Below, piece by piece: positions 45,074-55,361 of a stretch of DNA of 55,854 bases. The stretch's first letter is position 1, and each line of letters opens with the position of its first letter. This DNA comes from a virus (taxonomy: Duplodnaviria; Caudoviricetes): positions 1 through 55,854 of IMG/VR virus record IMGVR_UViG_3300049050_000058; one strand, written 5' to 3'. A program made the position numbers and the translations under genes. A model generated the notes under the pieces. The model saw only the letters and a list, made by a program, of their open reading frames with translations, was not told the DNA's origin and did no database searches.

Positions 45074-46519
45074 ATGGCCTATGGTGTAACAGAGCAGGGA
45101 TTCGTTATCAAACGATTACCTGAAATTCTAACTGATGATAGAGCCCAAGCGGTCACTGTCATGCAAGACTTGGTTGAACCTGGGGATGTTGTAGATACCT
45201 CTGACAGCACAGCTTTAGGAAGGCTTATTTCGCTCAAAGCGCCTTCTGTTGCGTCTCTTTGGGAAGCTGCCCAACAAATCTACTCTGCATTTGATCCAAA
45301 TTCTGCAACAGGCATTGCGCTTGATAATCTCGTAGCTTACGCTGGATTAACACGAGTAGAACAAACATACTCTACTGTGCCCATGGCTCTTTATGGCGAT
45401 AATAACACTTTTATCCCAATCGGCAGTGTCATTAGAAGTGATTCTAATAATCGTTTTGCTCTTGTATCTCCTGTTGCCCTTTCAGCTTCATCTGCTTTTG
45501 GAATTACTATTTCAATAAGTAGTGTAACCAACAATACGCTCTACTCTGTAAGCTACAGTAATAACAATACCACATCTACTATCAATTATACATCAGATAG
45601 TTCGGCGACTTCAGATGAAATTTTGAATGGTCTTAAATCTATAATAGACTCAGCCCATCCTACGTTGACAGCAGCTGTTATCGGCAGTACTCTTGAGATT
45701 GAAAAAATAGATAAATTTCAATCCGTTTCTTTTTCTGCAACTTCTAATATTGCTATAACAAAAGCTGGGGCTATCGGTCAAGCTCAAGCAGAACAGCCCG
45801 GTCCTATAGTCCAACAAGCAAACACTATTAATTCAATTGTGACTCCCATTTTAGGTTGGGATTCTGCCTCCAACCCTGTCGCGACGACCGCAGGTAAAAA
45901 CAGAGAAACAGATGTAGAATTGCGGGAAAGATTTAGGATTTCTAAATTCGAGAGAGGTACAAATAGTTTAGATGCTATCTATTCCGCTCTAATTGGTGTG
46001 AACGGTGTAGAAGAAGTGGTTGTTTATGAAAATGATTCAGACTTTACTGACTCTAACGGATTGCCTCCACACAGTTTTGAAGCTATTGTCTTAGGTGGAA
46101 ATGCAATTGATATTGCAAACGCTATTTGGCAAAACAAACCGGCTGGTATAGAGAGTGTTGGTAATACGTCAGGAACAATTACAGATGCTCAGGGTTTTCC
46201 GCAAGTAGTGGAATATCAAACCCCCGCGCCAACAGTGATTTATATTTCTATGGATTTGACAACTGATGGAAATTTTCCAGCAAACGGGCAAGATCAAATT
46301 AAATCTTCACTAACGTCATATTTCAGTAATAATTTTGGAATTGGAGATGATGTTATCTACTCAAGATTGTACACACCAATCAACTCTATTCCGGGGCATC
46401 AAGTTAATTCTTTGACTCTGGGAACTTCACCCTCACCGACTGGCACTTCAAATATTGCAATTGCTTTTGATCATATCGCAAGTCTAAGTGATGTCAATAT
46501 AATTATTACTACGACTTAA
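45074..46519 (+). CDS. baseplate J-like protein
   Basis: ATGIALD, GKNRETDVELRER, LPPHSFEAIVLGG. Confidence 0.88.
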   Translation: MAYGVTEQGFVIKRLPEILTDDRAQAVTVMQDLVEPGDVVDTSDSTALGRLISLKAPSVASLWEAAQQIYSAFDPNSATGIALDNLVAYAGLTRVEQTYSTVPMALYGDNNTFIPIGSVIRSDSNNRFALVSPVALSASSAFGITISISSVTNNTLYSVSYSNNNTTSTINYTSDSSATSDEILNGLKSIIDSAHPTLTAAVIGSTLEIEKIDKFQSVSFSATSNIAITKAGAIGQAQAEQPGPIVQQANTINSIVTPILGWDSASNPVATTAGKNRETDVELRERFRISKFERGTNSLDAIYSALIGVNGVEEVVVYENDSDFTDSNGLPPHSFEAIVLGGNAIDIANAIWQNKPAGIESVGNTSGTITDAQGFPQVVEYQTPAPTVIYISMDLTTDGNFPANGQDQIKSSLTSYFSNNFGIGDDVIYSRLYTPINSIPGHQVNSLTLGTSPSPTGTSNIAIAFDHIASLSDVNIIITTT

Positions 46520-46531
46520 GGGGAGCTGCAC

Positions 46532-47272
46532 ATGACTGTAAATCCTTTCGAGGTTGTAGAATTTCTTGAAGAAGCCCGAGATAGGGTAACTGAGCAATTT
46601 AAAGATAAAGATATATTCGACAGATATCTTCAAATTCTTCTTTATGATTCTCTTGAGCTGCAACAAGTTTTTAAGCAGCTTATGCAGGAGAGGTCGATTG
46701 ATACCGCTATCGGTGCTCAACTCGATATTATCGGAGAAATCGTGGGTCAACCGAGAGATTTGATTGACACCAGTCTCCTACAATATTTTGCTTTTGATGG
46801 TTATCCGGATGCTAAGAGTTTTGGTGATGTTACGGATGCATCTGTTGGTGGGCTCTATTATAGCGTTGGTGACCCATTAGCAGGAAACACTCTTCTCAAT
46901 GATGACCAGTATAGACTTTTCATTAAAGCCAAAATTATAAAAAATACGACAAATGTTACTCCGAATCAACTGCTTGATTTTCTAAAATTTGTGTTCAATT
47001 CCCCTTATAACAGTATTAATGAACTTGGAAATGCCAAGATGATATTGATGGTGGGGAAGCAACTGAATAATTTCGAGAGAGTTTTGCTGACCTATGAATC
47101 TAGTTCTACGGGATATAAATCCAGATTTATCCCTAAACCCATTGGTGTTGGATTACAATTTGGACAGTTCGACTACGAGAATTATTTTGGATTTCAAGGA
47201 GCCCCAAATGCTAAGGGTTTTGCTGATTTAACTATTTCGGGATCAGGCGGTAAATATGCACAACTTTATTAA
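46532..47272 (+). CDS. baseplate wedge protein (DUF2612-like)
   Basis: IDTAIGAQLDIIGEIVGQPR, LNDDQYRLFIKAKI. Confidence 0.82.
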   Translation: MTVNPFEVVEFLEEARDRVTEQFKDKDIFDRYLQILLYDSLELQQVFKQLMQERSIDTAIGAQLDIIGEIVGQPRDLIDTSLLQYFAFDGYPDAKSFGDVTDASVGGLYYSVGDPLAGNTLLNDDQYRLFIKAKIIKNTTNVTPNQLLDFLKFVFNSPYNSINELGNAKMILMVGKQLNNFERVLLTYESSSTGYKSRFIPKPIGVGLQFGQFDYENYFGFQGAPNAKGFADLTISGSGGKYAQLY

Positions 47273-47286
47273 CGAGGAATAAAAAA

Positions 47287-48531
47287 ATGGTAGCTATTGC
47301 TAAACCAGACTACACGTATCTCTGGGCTAGTGGAGGTAACAAAGTCACCCCACCCGATGTCAAAATTCAAACAGGTTGGATTGCTGAGCCCCCACCTTAT
47401 CAGTACGAAAACTGGTCTCAGAACAGGCAAGATCAAGCAATTGCCCATATCTTTCAAAGAGGTATTGCACAATGGGACAGCCTCACGAACTATGAAGCTA
47501 ATATTTGTTATGTGACCGGAACAGATGGACTTGTCTATAAATCAGTTGCTGCTTCAGGCCCAGGCGCTGTGGTTCAAGACCCTGTAACTGATGCTTCGGA
47601 CACTTACTGGACTATCGCCTTCGCCAGCCCAGGTGCTTTTCTCACCCAAGCCGCAGGTGACGCTAGATATCTCCAAAAAGCGAACAACTTGAGTGATGTT
47701 CCTAACATTGTTACTGCTAGGACAAATTTGTCTGTTTATTCTAAGGCAGAAAGTGATGATTTATTTTCACAATCCGGAATTGTTGGAGCATTTTCAAATT
47801 TAAAGCTAAGTGCAACAGGTACAAGTGCTCTTGTTAATATAACTGCTGATGAATTAGTGGTTAAAAATTACACCAATAACAGAACAAGAATTATTCGTTC
47901 AGTAGTTCTTAACCCTAGTACAGCAGTTTCCGGAAATGGCGGTATAGATACAGGATCGAGTACAACCAATACTTGGTATTCCGTGTGGGTTATCTATAAT
48001 GAGACAACTAATACTCAAAGCGCTATTTTGTCTCTTAGTGCCACCTCGCCGACGATGCCTAGCGGTTATACTTACAGGGCGCGGGTGGGCTGGATAAGGA
48101 CTGATAATAACTCATCGAATAAATACCCATTAAGTTTTATTCAAAACGGTAGATTAGTCAAATACAAAGTTGTTACCGGCTCTAACGTTCCAAACTACCC
48201 TGCCGCAGCTAGTGGGGTTTCAGGGTCTCCCACTACTCCAACTTACGTGTCTGTGGCTCTGTCAAATTATGTTCCTCCAAATGTATCATCAGTGATTGTT
48301 ATGTACTCACATTTGCAAGGTGATTTTAACATCAATGCAATTATCTCATCAACTAGTCAAACAGGCCCTATCAACTCTGCAACAAATCCGCCAGAATGGA
48401 TGTTCACCAACACCACTGGTGGTGGTACAAGTACATATCCGGTTAGAATTCAATTGGACACTTTAAATCTGTACTGGGCAAATAATAACGGAAACGGAAA
48501 TCTTAGAATTATTGGTTGGGAGGATAATTGA
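47287..48531 (+). CDS. tail fibre protein
   Basis: KIQTGW..PPYQYENW N-terminus; NNLSDV..ARTNL repeat unit. Confidence 0.85.
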   Translation: MVAIAKPDYTYLWASGGNKVTPPDVKIQTGWIAEPPPYQYENWSQNRQDQAIAHIFQRGIAQWDSLTNYEANICYVTGTDGLVYKSVAASGPGAVVQDPVTDASDTYWTIAFASPGAFLTQAAGDARYLQKANNLSDVPNIVTARTNLSVYSKAESDDLFSQSGIVGAFSNLKLSATGTSALVNITADELVVKNYTNNRTRIIRSVVLNPSTAVSGNGGIDTGSSTTNTWYSVWVIYNETTNTQSAILSLSATSPTMPSGYTYRARVGWIRTDNNSSNKYPLSFIQNGRLVKYKVVTGSNVPNYPAAASGVSGSPTTPTYVSVALSNYVPPNVSSVIVMYSHLQGDFNINAIISSTSQTGPINSATNPPEWMFTNTTGGGTSTYPVRIQLDTLNLYWANNNGNGNLRIIGWEDN

Positions 48532-48848
48532 TGGGTTATGCTATAAGAAATGATCAACAAGGTTGGCGTTCAGTAAATGGTCCAGAAGATGTTGGACCTG
48601 ATGAATTTTACAGTGAAGAGATTCCTGTACTAAATCCAATTAAAACTTTTCAACAAGCTCTTGACGAATTAAATAGAGCATATCAAGCGCAGGTCGAGAT
48701 TCTTAATAAGAATTACGCAATGGCTGCTTTAATGGATGGACCCAGTGAGCCAACTAAACAAACACTTATCCGTCAACAATACTTAGACTTAAAAGCATCA
48801 CATTTAGTTGATGTTCAAAATCTTAAAAACCAGTACGAAATCGTGTGA
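48531..48848 (+). CDS. tail fibre assembly chaperone
   Basis: YAIRNDQQGWRSVNGPEDVGPDE; follows fibre. Confidence 0.7.
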   Translation: MGYAIRNDQQGWRSVNGPEDVGPDEFYSEEIPVLNPIKTFQQALDELNRAYQAQVEILNKNYAMAALMDGPSEPTKQTLIRQQYLDLKASHLVDVQNLKNQYEIV

Positions 48849-48858
48849 GGATTTTACA

Positions 48859-49035
48859 ATGAGTGAAGTAGAAAATAAAGTTGTCTATCGCTTCTGCCCT
48901 TCTTGTGCAGATGTTCTTCAGATTGTCACATATAATGTCTCCGGAGTCCCAACTAAATTTTGGGAATGTCCTGAAGGAGATTGGCTTGAACCTTATGTAG
49001 AACCATCTTCTTTGTCCGAAGAAGCTGAAGTCTGA
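48859..49035 (+). CDS. small Zn-ribbon-like protein
   Basis: GAGG SD; FCPSC...WECPEGD. Confidence 0.65.
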   Translation: MSEVENKVVYRFCPSCADVLQIVTYNVSGVPTKFWECPEGDWLEPYVEPSSLSEEAEV

Positions 49036-49050
49036 TTTAGAGGGACAATT

Positions 49051-49674
49051 ATGCACCTCATTAAAGCACTTTTTATTTGGATTTTCCAACTAACACTGAA
49101 TGTTTTAGGTGTTTTGTTTGGTTTAGTAATTGTCCCTCTCGGTATTGTTCTAGCCGATGATTCAAAAAAGTCCTCAACCACTATACTATCCCCAACAGAT
49201 GTTTGGTGGCTAAGGACTTTTCCAAAATATTTGAGATGGTGGGATAACCCAGTTGACGGAACTTTAGGTGACCCTTCCTTCAGATGGGCATCTAGAGATA
49301 TCCCTTTTGGTTGGAAAAATACATCCTTCTTAGGTCAATACTGGTGGATGGCTATCCGCAACCCTTTTAACTATTTTAAACGATTTATTATTTCTTGTGA
49401 TGTACGTAAAAATGAAATTGTTAAAATTGGTGGTCAAGATAAGGTTAGAGATGATCTTTATAACACTGGTTGGCAATTTCTTAGATGTGGAAGGTTTTAC
49501 GCATTCTACTACGTGAGAGAGTGGGGTAACTCTAAAAGAGCAGTTGTCATTCAGTTAGGTAACAAATTCGATCTTGAAGATAACACGAAAATTTACCCTC
49601 CCGAACAAGAATACAAATACATGAAAGGATTTACCTTTGAAATAAATCCTTTTAAGTATATTGGTGACAACTAA
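49051..49674 (+). CDS. Trp-rich membrane-anchored hypothetical protein
   Basis: N-terminal TM; WWDNP..DG, WWMAIRNP. Confidence 0.75.
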   Translation: MHLIKALFIWIFQLTLNVLGVLFGLVIVPLGIVLADDSKKSSTTILSPTDVWWLRTFPKYLRWWDNPVDGTLGDPSFRWASRDIPFGWKNTSFLGQYWWMAIRNPFNYFKRFIISCDVRKNEIVKIGGQDKVRDDLYNTGWQFLRCGRFYAFYYVREWGNSKRAVVIQLGNKFDLEDNTKIYPPEQEYKYMKGFTFEINPFKYIGDN

Positions 49675-50177
49675 TGAAAATGAACAAAGCTATTGCGAAA
49701 CAGCTTTCTGCTTTGGGGCTTTCCTCTGCTCTTGTGATTGCAGGAGCAGGGACAGTTTCATATTATGAAGGCAAAGAAAATAAAGTTTATGTTGATCCTG
49801 TTGGAATTTTAACAAGCTGTTATGGTCACACAGGTCCGGAACTTAAATTAAATCAAAAATTCACCGATGAAGAATGTATTGATCAATTAGCTGATGATCT
49901 TTTATCCCACGATAAAGGAATGATGAAAGCAATCAAAGTTCCCATCACAGACTATCAACATGCAGCTTTTCTTTCTTTTTGCTATAATGTTGGTGTTAAA
50001 GCTTGTACGTCTTCTACTGCTTTTAAGCTTTTAAATCAAGGTAAATATACAGAAGCCTGTATGCAGCTTCTCAGATGGAATAAAGCTGGAGGTAAAGTTT
50101 TAGATGGGCTAACTAAACGCCGACAATCGGAAGTAAAAGTTTGCTTAGGAGAGATTGATGAAATCAAAAATAATTAA
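49674..50177 (+). CDS. endolysin, GH24 lysozyme with SAR-like N-terminus
   Basis: EG..VYVDPVGILTSCYGHT triad; G/A/S-rich N-terminal helix. Confidence 0.92.
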   Translation: MKMNKAIAKQLSALGLSSALVIAGAGTVSYYEGKENKVYVDPVGILTSCYGHTGPELKLNQKFTDEECIDQLADDLLSHDKGMMKAIKVPITDYQHAAFLSFCYNVGVKACTSSTAFKLLNQGKYTEACMQLLRWNKAGGKVLDGLTKRRQSEVKVCLGEIDEIKNN

Positions 50178-50397
50178 AGATTGGAAAAGGCAACTAAAAT
50201 CTTATTCATTTCTCTCCATGGTTGCAAATATTCTGATTGCTGTATCTTATGGGCTTTCTCTTGCTTTTGGTATGAGTCTTGTCACTCTTTCAACAAAAGC
50301 TGTTGTGATGGTGATGGGAGGGGTTGCTTTAATGGGAGCTATTGGAAGATTTATTAAACAAACACAAGAGGATGAAGAACATGACAAGGATTCTTAG
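50158..50397 (+). CDS. holin (two TM)
   Basis: two TMs, charged C-terminus, overlaps endolysin. Confidence 0.65.
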   Translation: MKSKIIKDWKRQLKSYSFLSMVANILIAVSYGLSLAFGMSLVTLSTKAVVMVMGGVALMGAIGRFIKQTQEDEEHDKDS

Positions 50398-50791
50398 TGG
50401 TGCTCTGATTGTTCTTTTTGTTCTTTGTTTAAGTTTAATCGGTCTTTCTAAGCATCTTTATGAAGACAATTCTAAGTTGGCTACAGAGCTATCAAATGCT
50501 GTAGAAATCAATAAACACATGCAAGAATCCCTAGTAATTAGTGAAAAACGATGTGAAATTGATATCTCTATTAGTAAAGAGTTGATTGAAGAAAAAAAAG
50601 TAATTGAAAGTGAAACAGAAAAGAAAATTGACAAGATTTCCTCTCTGAATATCACAAAGCAAAAGAAAGAGGAAGTAGTTAATGAAAAGAAAGATTATGT
50701 TGATCTTGATGCTATTTTGCCTCCAGAGCTTACAAGCTTGCTCGACGAAAGTTGTAGTGCAGCGAGAGGAAGTTCCTGTGTTTCTCCCTGA
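50381..50791 (+). CDS. i-spanin (Rz-like)
   Basis: N-terminal TM plus coiled coil. Confidence 0.75.
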   Translation: MTRILSGALIVLFVLCLSLIGLSKHLYEDNSKLATELSNAVEINKHMQESLVISEKRCEIDISISKELIEEKKVIESETEKKIDKISSLNITKQKKEEVVNEKKDYVDLDAILPPELTSLLDESCSAARGSSCVSP

Positions 50792-50969
50792 TTCATTACT
50801 CATCCATCCTTGCCGAGCTGAAGTTGCTGGAAATACAGTAAGATCATTAGCTAAAGCTTATGTCAAGAATAACTCTTGCATAGAACAATACAAACTTCTC
50901 GTAGAGAAACAAATCAAACATAAACAAGAAAAGAAGGTGTTATTCGATGGCAGAAAACACAACAAGTAA
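50682..50969 (+). CDS. o-spanin (Rz1-like lipoprotein)
   Basis: lipobox LQAC; overlaps i-spanin. Confidence 0.8.
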   Translation: MKRKIMLILMLFCLQSLQACSTKVVVQREEVPVFLPDSLLIHPCRAEVAGNTVRSLAKAYVKNNSCIEQYKLLVEKQIKHKQEKKVLFDGRKHNK

Positions 50970-51246
50970 GTTATCTTCCCTTTGGGAAAAATTGGCAATT
51001 GGTGTTCTCACTCTTCTTCTTGGTCTTGTTCAGATGCAATATACATCAGACAGAGCAGAAAACAAGAAAGATATTGAGAAACTGAATACGCAAGTGCTTG
51101 AGCTTTATCGTAGTTCTGTTACAAAACAAGAGCTAAAAGAGCTTGAAGATCGTCTCACTAAAAACGTTGAAGGGATTCGATCTGATATCAGAGGAATTCT
51201 AAATCTCTATGTAGATGAAGGTGTACGCAGACAAAGCGGACGTTAA
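50947..51246 (+). CDS. single-TM coiled-coil protein
   Basis: hydrophobic N-terminal helix. Confidence 0.7.
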   Translation: MAENTTSKLSSLWEKLAIGVLTLLLGLVQMQYTSDRAENKKDIEKLNTQVLELYRSSVTKQELKELEDRLTKNVEGIRSDIRGILNLYVDEGVRRQSGR

Positions 51247-51655
51247 TCAAATGCCAGAAAAGGAAGATGGTATGTTTTTTAAAGCCCTGACAACAATTGT
51301 CAATCTAACCTTCCTTCTTCTATCTGTCACAATTCTTGTTATCCTTCTTAGGAATGAGTCTTACAGATCAGATTTAAAGAATTACGAAATAGCTCTTCAA
51401 ACATTTCAAGAACAATTTCGTAAAGTGAATGATGGGAATATTCACTATTTTGAAACAAGAATAAATAGACTGTCAGATAATCAAGACAGCTACCAAAACA
51501 CAACATCTTCTAGACTTGACATTCTGGAAGTTAAAGTGCAGAAGCTAGAGCAACAGAACAAACAAAACAGTAGAATCATTAATAATAACAATTCTTCTGC
51601 TATCGTTGTCAATGGTAAATCAGAACTTTATTCCGAAACAAAAGAACAAAAATAA
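51215..51655 (+). CDS. single-TM coiled-coil protein
   Basis: TM plus coiled coil; start uncertain. Confidence 0.65.
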   Translation: MKVYADKADVNQMPEKEDGMFFKALTTIVNLTFLLLSVTILVILLRNESYRSDLKNYEIALQTFQEQFRKVNDGNIHYFETRINRLSDNQDSYQNTTSSRLDILEVKVQKLEQQNKQNSRIINNNNSSAIVVNGKSELYSETKEQK

Positions 51656-51707
51656 GAAGAGAAGAGGAAATTCATTTCCCATTTCTCCATACATTCCTCA
51701 GAAAAAC

Positions 51708-51745
51708 TAAACCCCGGTCTCTTTTCAGAGCCGGGGCTTTTTATT
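51708..51745. terminator. bidirectional terminator between convergent operons
   Basis: AAACCCCGGT...GCCGGGGCTTTT. Confidence 0.8.
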
Positions 51746-52001
51746 ATTTAAATTTTATAATTCCTTCCTTTGACTCTGCTGTATCAATAACACAATAGTT
51801 GTATTGATCACTGCAAAGCTCTCCCAATTTGTCCGACAATGTATTAGTGAATTCAAAAATTTCATCATATGAGTCACTTTTTGAAAAATGGATATTATTA
51901 TAAAACCAAGTTACAAGATCAGCGAGAACATCCACCTCAAATTGAGATTCTAGTTTAATAATAACAGGTTCAAAAGCTTTATTCTTACGTTCTACTTTCA
52001 T
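51744..52001 (-). CDS. hypothetical protein (paralog of 915/1132 ORFs)
   Basis: MKVERKNKAFEPVIIKLESQFEVD. Confidence 0.75.
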   Translation of the reverse strand: MKVERKNKAFEPVIIKLESQFEVDVLADLVTWFYNNIHFSKSDSYDEIFEFTNTLSDKLGELCSDQYNYCVIDTAESKEGIIKFK

Positions 52002-52222
52002 TTAATTTTCCTCTTAAATTTAATTTTATTTAGTAATGCTACAATTTCCGGTACAACCATAAAACACAACAGAAAAGCAGCTACCCAGCTTGATACTGTG
52101 ATAATAGCAGTCAAAAGTAACACTTCTCCTACTTCAATCACAACTCCTTTGTAGTAATCTAGGATTGTGAGTATCATTACTAGGATAAAAGCTACCAAAC
52201 AACCTGTCAAGTAGATAGTCAT
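51998..52222 (-). CDS. membrane protein
   Basis: two TMs; GAGG SD. Confidence 0.7.
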   Translation of the reverse strand: MTIYLTGCLVAFILVMILTILDYYKGVVIEVGEVLLLTAIITVSSWVAAFLLCFMVVPEIVALLNKIKFKRKIK

Positions 52223-52404
52223 TGATTTACCTCTTGTTCTAGAGTGGATTCATAGTGCAGCACAACATCTTCCATAAGAGCTTCCATAGTATCATCTTCA
52301 ATATCTAACCAAGCAAGATAATGTACAGCCCAAAATTCAAGCCGTTCAATTTTCTCTAGATAATTCATTTCTTCATAAACTTTCCGAATTTGTTTCTTAG
52401 TCAT
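52219..52404 (-). CDS. hypothetical protein
   Basis: GGAGG SD, ATGA overlap. Confidence 0.7.
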   Translation of the reverse strand: MTKKQIRKVYEEMNYLEKIERLEFWAVHYLAWLDIEDDTMEALMEDVVLHYESTLEQEVNQ

Positions 52405-52589
52405 TTTACAACCTCCCATTCTCCAATTGGACGACGAATTTTAACAAAAGCTCCTTTCTTTCCTCCATCTTCTTCCCACTCACGAATCCATTTATCAGCA
52501 ATCCATTCCTCTGCCAAATCTGCTCGGGTTGCTTCAATAGCTTCTTCGGTAATATCTGAAATGTGAGCAACACCATATTCGTATTTCAT
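52401..52589 (-). CDS. hypothetical protein
   Basis: GGAG SD. Confidence 0.7.
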   Translation of the reverse strand: MKYEYGVAHISDITEEAIEATRADLAEEWIADKWIREWEEDGGKKGAFVKIRRPIGEWEVVK

Positions 52590-52610
52590 TTAAAATTCTC
52601 CGTAATTCAT

Positions 52611-52678
52611 AAAAGAAAAACCCCACACCCTATTTCTAGAGCATGGGGTGATGATAACACATCAGTTTTTGTTGTCAA
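52611..52678 (-). promoter_or_regulatory. promoter plus terminator downstream of nrdA
   Basis: TTGACA-16-TATCAT (52678-52651); ACCCCA..TGGGGT + T run. Confidence 0.55.
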
Positions 52679-52681
52679 GGG

Positions 52682-54370
52682 TTACTGACATGCTGCACAC
52701 TCATCCTTACTTGCTTGAACACCCGCTTTAGAATACACGTAGTAGAGACCAAGAATTTTTTCACTTTCGATTGCATATTGATGAATTTTAGAAATATAAG
52801 CTTCATCTTCACCCGCCGCAAAAAATAAATTCAAGCTTTGCCATTGATCAATATAATCACTGCGTGCTTCTGCTTGGCGAAGAATTGCCATTTGATCAAT
52901 CTCAAATGCTGTGCGGAAAACAAGTTTTTCTTCATCAGAGAAACAATCTTCTTTCTGAATACTGCCCATATTGTCACGAATACGTTCTACAAGAGCTTTG
53001 CTGTAAATTCCTTTTTCTTTCATAAGCTTCAGTAAGAAAGGATTAATTCGATCGACTTCTCCACCAGCACTGCGTTGAGTGAATACCATGGCTGTGTCGG
53101 GGTTGATACCTTCACTAACACCGCCCATAATCAGAGCTGTTGATTTTGTTGGTGCTACAGCAAGAAGATGACTGTTTGCACGCCCATATCCTTTACACCA
53201 CTCAGGCTCTCCCCATTGCTCCGCCAGCCATTTAGTGGCTTTCTCTGCTTCTTCTCGCATGTGTTTAAACACAACTCGGTTGAGCATGTGAGCTTCAAGA
53301 CTTTCAAAAGCAATCATCTTGCTTTGATATAGCGAAGAAAGACCACAAACACCTAAACCCAATGCCCTAGATTTTTTAGTGAAAGCAACTGCTTTTTCAA
53401 GACCTGGGATATTTTTAGCGCGCTCGATAAATTCTTGAACAACACAGTCAAGGAAAACAGTTGCTACAAAAACAGCATCAGTATTTTTCCATGCATCAAA
53501 ATGTAGAGCATTCATACTTGCAAGTACACAAGTGTAAATAAAATCTTTACTGCTATGCAGCATAATTTCATTACATAGTTGTGGAGCTTTAATGTCTAAA
53601 TTATGATCAATATACCACTTAGGACGTTTACGATTAGCTTTGTCAGGGAAGAAAAAATAACCTTTACCAGTAACCATTTTTGTTTTTAGAATTTTTTGAT
53701 ACTTGCGAATAGCTTCACTATCCCCGTTGTTCATTTTCTCCGTATCTTTGTCACTCCAATTCCAACCAATATTGTTACCATCAGGATGTTGTTCGAGATA
53801 GTCACAAACTTCATCAAAATCTCCATGAGATACAGGGAGATATCCAGCCCAACTACCTCGCCGTGCAGTACCTTGCACTACATATTCCATGTCATTTTGA
53901 ACACCCTGGATAATTGGGAGTACGCCTGTTGATTTACCTCCAGCACTAATCAACGATCCTCTTGGACGAATATCACCAAGATACCCAGCAGTACCAAAAC
54001 CGTATTTCGTTAGAATTGCTGTTTCTAATTTTGATTGGTAGATACCATAGATACTATCTGAAAAATAACTACCTGCACAAGAAACTGGCAAGCCACGGGT
54101 AGTTCCTGTGTTCGCTAGAACTGGAGTGGATGGACTGAGCCATCCTTTCCACATGATATCAAAAAATTTCTCTTTCCAGACAGAAGGATCAGTTGTATGA
54201 GCTGCTAGTGTAGCAGCAATTCGTTGATATTGCTCTTTTGGGTTAGAGGCTTGATACATGTACTTTTCTTTGAAAAGCTGCCAACCTCCTGTTGACCACC
54301 AATCAGGCATATTACCCTCAGCCTGTAGTTTTTTACGCTCTTCACTCAGTTTGTCATAAATATTACTCAA
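52682..54370 (-). CDS. nrdA: class I ribonucleotide reductase alpha subunit (short, no ATP cone)
   Basis: PSTPVLAN, PVSC, QLCNEI, APTKST, LYY, C-terminal CxxC. Confidence 0.95.
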   Translation of the reverse strand: MSNIYDKLSEERKKLQAEGNMPDWWSTGGWQLFKEKYMYQASNPKEQYQRIAATLAAHTTDPSVWKEKFFDIMWKGWLSPSTPVLANTGTTRGLPVSCAGSYFSDSIYGIYQSKLETAILTKYGFGTAGYLGDIRPRGSLISAGGKSTGVLPIIQGVQNDMEYVVQGTARRGSWAGYLPVSHGDFDEVCDYLEQHPDGNNIGWNWSDKDTEKMNNGDSEAIRKYQKILKTKMVTGKGYFFFPDKANRKRPKWYIDHNLDIKAPQLCNEIMLHSSKDFIYTCVLASMNALHFDAWKNTDAVFVATVFLDCVVQEFIERAKNIPGLEKAVAFTKKSRALGLGVCGLSSLYQSKMIAFESLEAHMLNRVVFKHMREEAEKATKWLAEQWGEPEWCKGYGRANSHLLAVAPTKSTALIMGGVSEGINPDTAMVFTQRSAGGEVDRINPFLLKLMKEKGIYSKALVERIRDNMGSIQKEDCFSDEEKLVFRTAFEIDQMAILRQAEARSDYIDQWQSLNLFFAAGEDEAYISKIHQYAIESEKILGLYYVYSKAGVQASKDECAACQ

Positions 54371-55359
54371 TTACTTTTACTCCATACAAAATCTGTTGCT
54401 GTCCAGTTACGTGCATACTGATTTCCCTGAGAAGAGAAAAAATCAGGGGATTGATATCCGTTGATACCACGATAGAACCACTCTGCAACCGGATTATATT
54501 CAACTTCCCAAAGATTCTTGTAACCTAGTTCACGAAGACATTTATTGATACGACTTTTAGCAAAATGTTCTAGTTGGGTTTCAGTGATACCTTCAATTTT
54601 TCCTTTACTGAAGATTTTTTTAATGATAATTTTTTCATGTTCTAATACTGTCGAGGCGGCTGAATAAATATCTTTTTCAAGTTCTTTTAAGTATTGCTCA
54701 TCAATTTCTCCAGCTTCCATTTTCTCTTTAAGCAACGTTCGAAAAAGCCACGCAGCTGCTTCTGCATGGAGGTTTTCGTCACGGGCTGAGAAATTAATAC
54801 CGCTTACAACATTAAGAAGTTTATTCTTTCCCTGACTTTGGAAATGCTTAAGGAAGGCAAAACTTGTGTAAAGAACAGCTCCTTCTCCGAAAGTAAATCC
54901 ACCTAATGCCCTTAGATCATCTTCTTGATGAAGTACCGTTTCTAGATATTCAATTCTCTGTCGAAGCTCTTCATCCTCTTTATAAGAATCATAGAACTCA
55001 TCAGTTGCGATACCAAGCTCTTCATTTAGTGTTTTGTAGAAATTAAGGTGAACAGCAAGTTCCATTGCACCAAACATCGCCGCCATTGGTTGGATATCTG
55101 CTGCTCTTGGGAATTTCTTCATAACAAAATTGAGCCAAAATTCATCACCAATGATTTGTTCGTATTTAGAAAAGAGACGTAAAGTTTCAATAGTACCGTG
55201 ACGCTCTGACTCAGTCATGTTTACAAGAATATCTTGTTTATCTTTGGCAACTCTCACCTCAAAGTGAGGCCAAAAGATAGCTTGCTGTTTATTCATAAAA
55301 TCAACAGCTTCTGGATAATCTACTGTAAATGTATCTTTAAATGTTTGAATTTTTACCAC
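54367..55359 (-). CDS. nrdB: class I ribonucleotide reductase beta subunit
   Basis: ELAVH..FY, EGAVLYTSF, RDENLH, DFF..Y. Confidence 0.95.
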   Translation of the reverse strand: MVKIQTFKDTFTVDYPEAVDFMNKQQAIFWPHFEVRVAKDKQDILVNMTESERHGTIETLRLFSKYEQIIGDEFWLNFVMKKFPRAADIQPMAAMFGAMELAVHLNFYKTLNEELGIATDEFYDSYKEDEELRQRIEYLETVLHQEDDLRALGGFTFGEGAVLYTSFAFLKHFQSQGKNKLLNVVSGINFSARDENLHAEAAAWLFRTLLKEKMEAGEIDEQYLKELEKDIYSAASTVLEHEKIIIKKIFSKGKIEGITETQLEHFAKSRINKCLRELGYKNLWEVEYNPVAEWFYRGINGYQSPDFFSSQGNQYARNWTATDFVWSKSN

Positions 55360-55361
55360 AA

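Noticed and set aside
47287-48531. Diversity-generating retroelement or invertible fibre cassette
   Set aside because: No reverse transcriptase, invertase or template repeat seen in the window.
25848-50803. Numerous minus-strand ORFs within the structural module
   Set aside because: Antisense to well-supported genes.
51656-51705. Second anti-SD RNA (TTTCTCC near 51682)
   Set aside because: Single motif, weak structure, no promoter.
52682-55359. Introns or inteins in nrdA/nrdB
   Set aside because: Both frames are continuous and compact.
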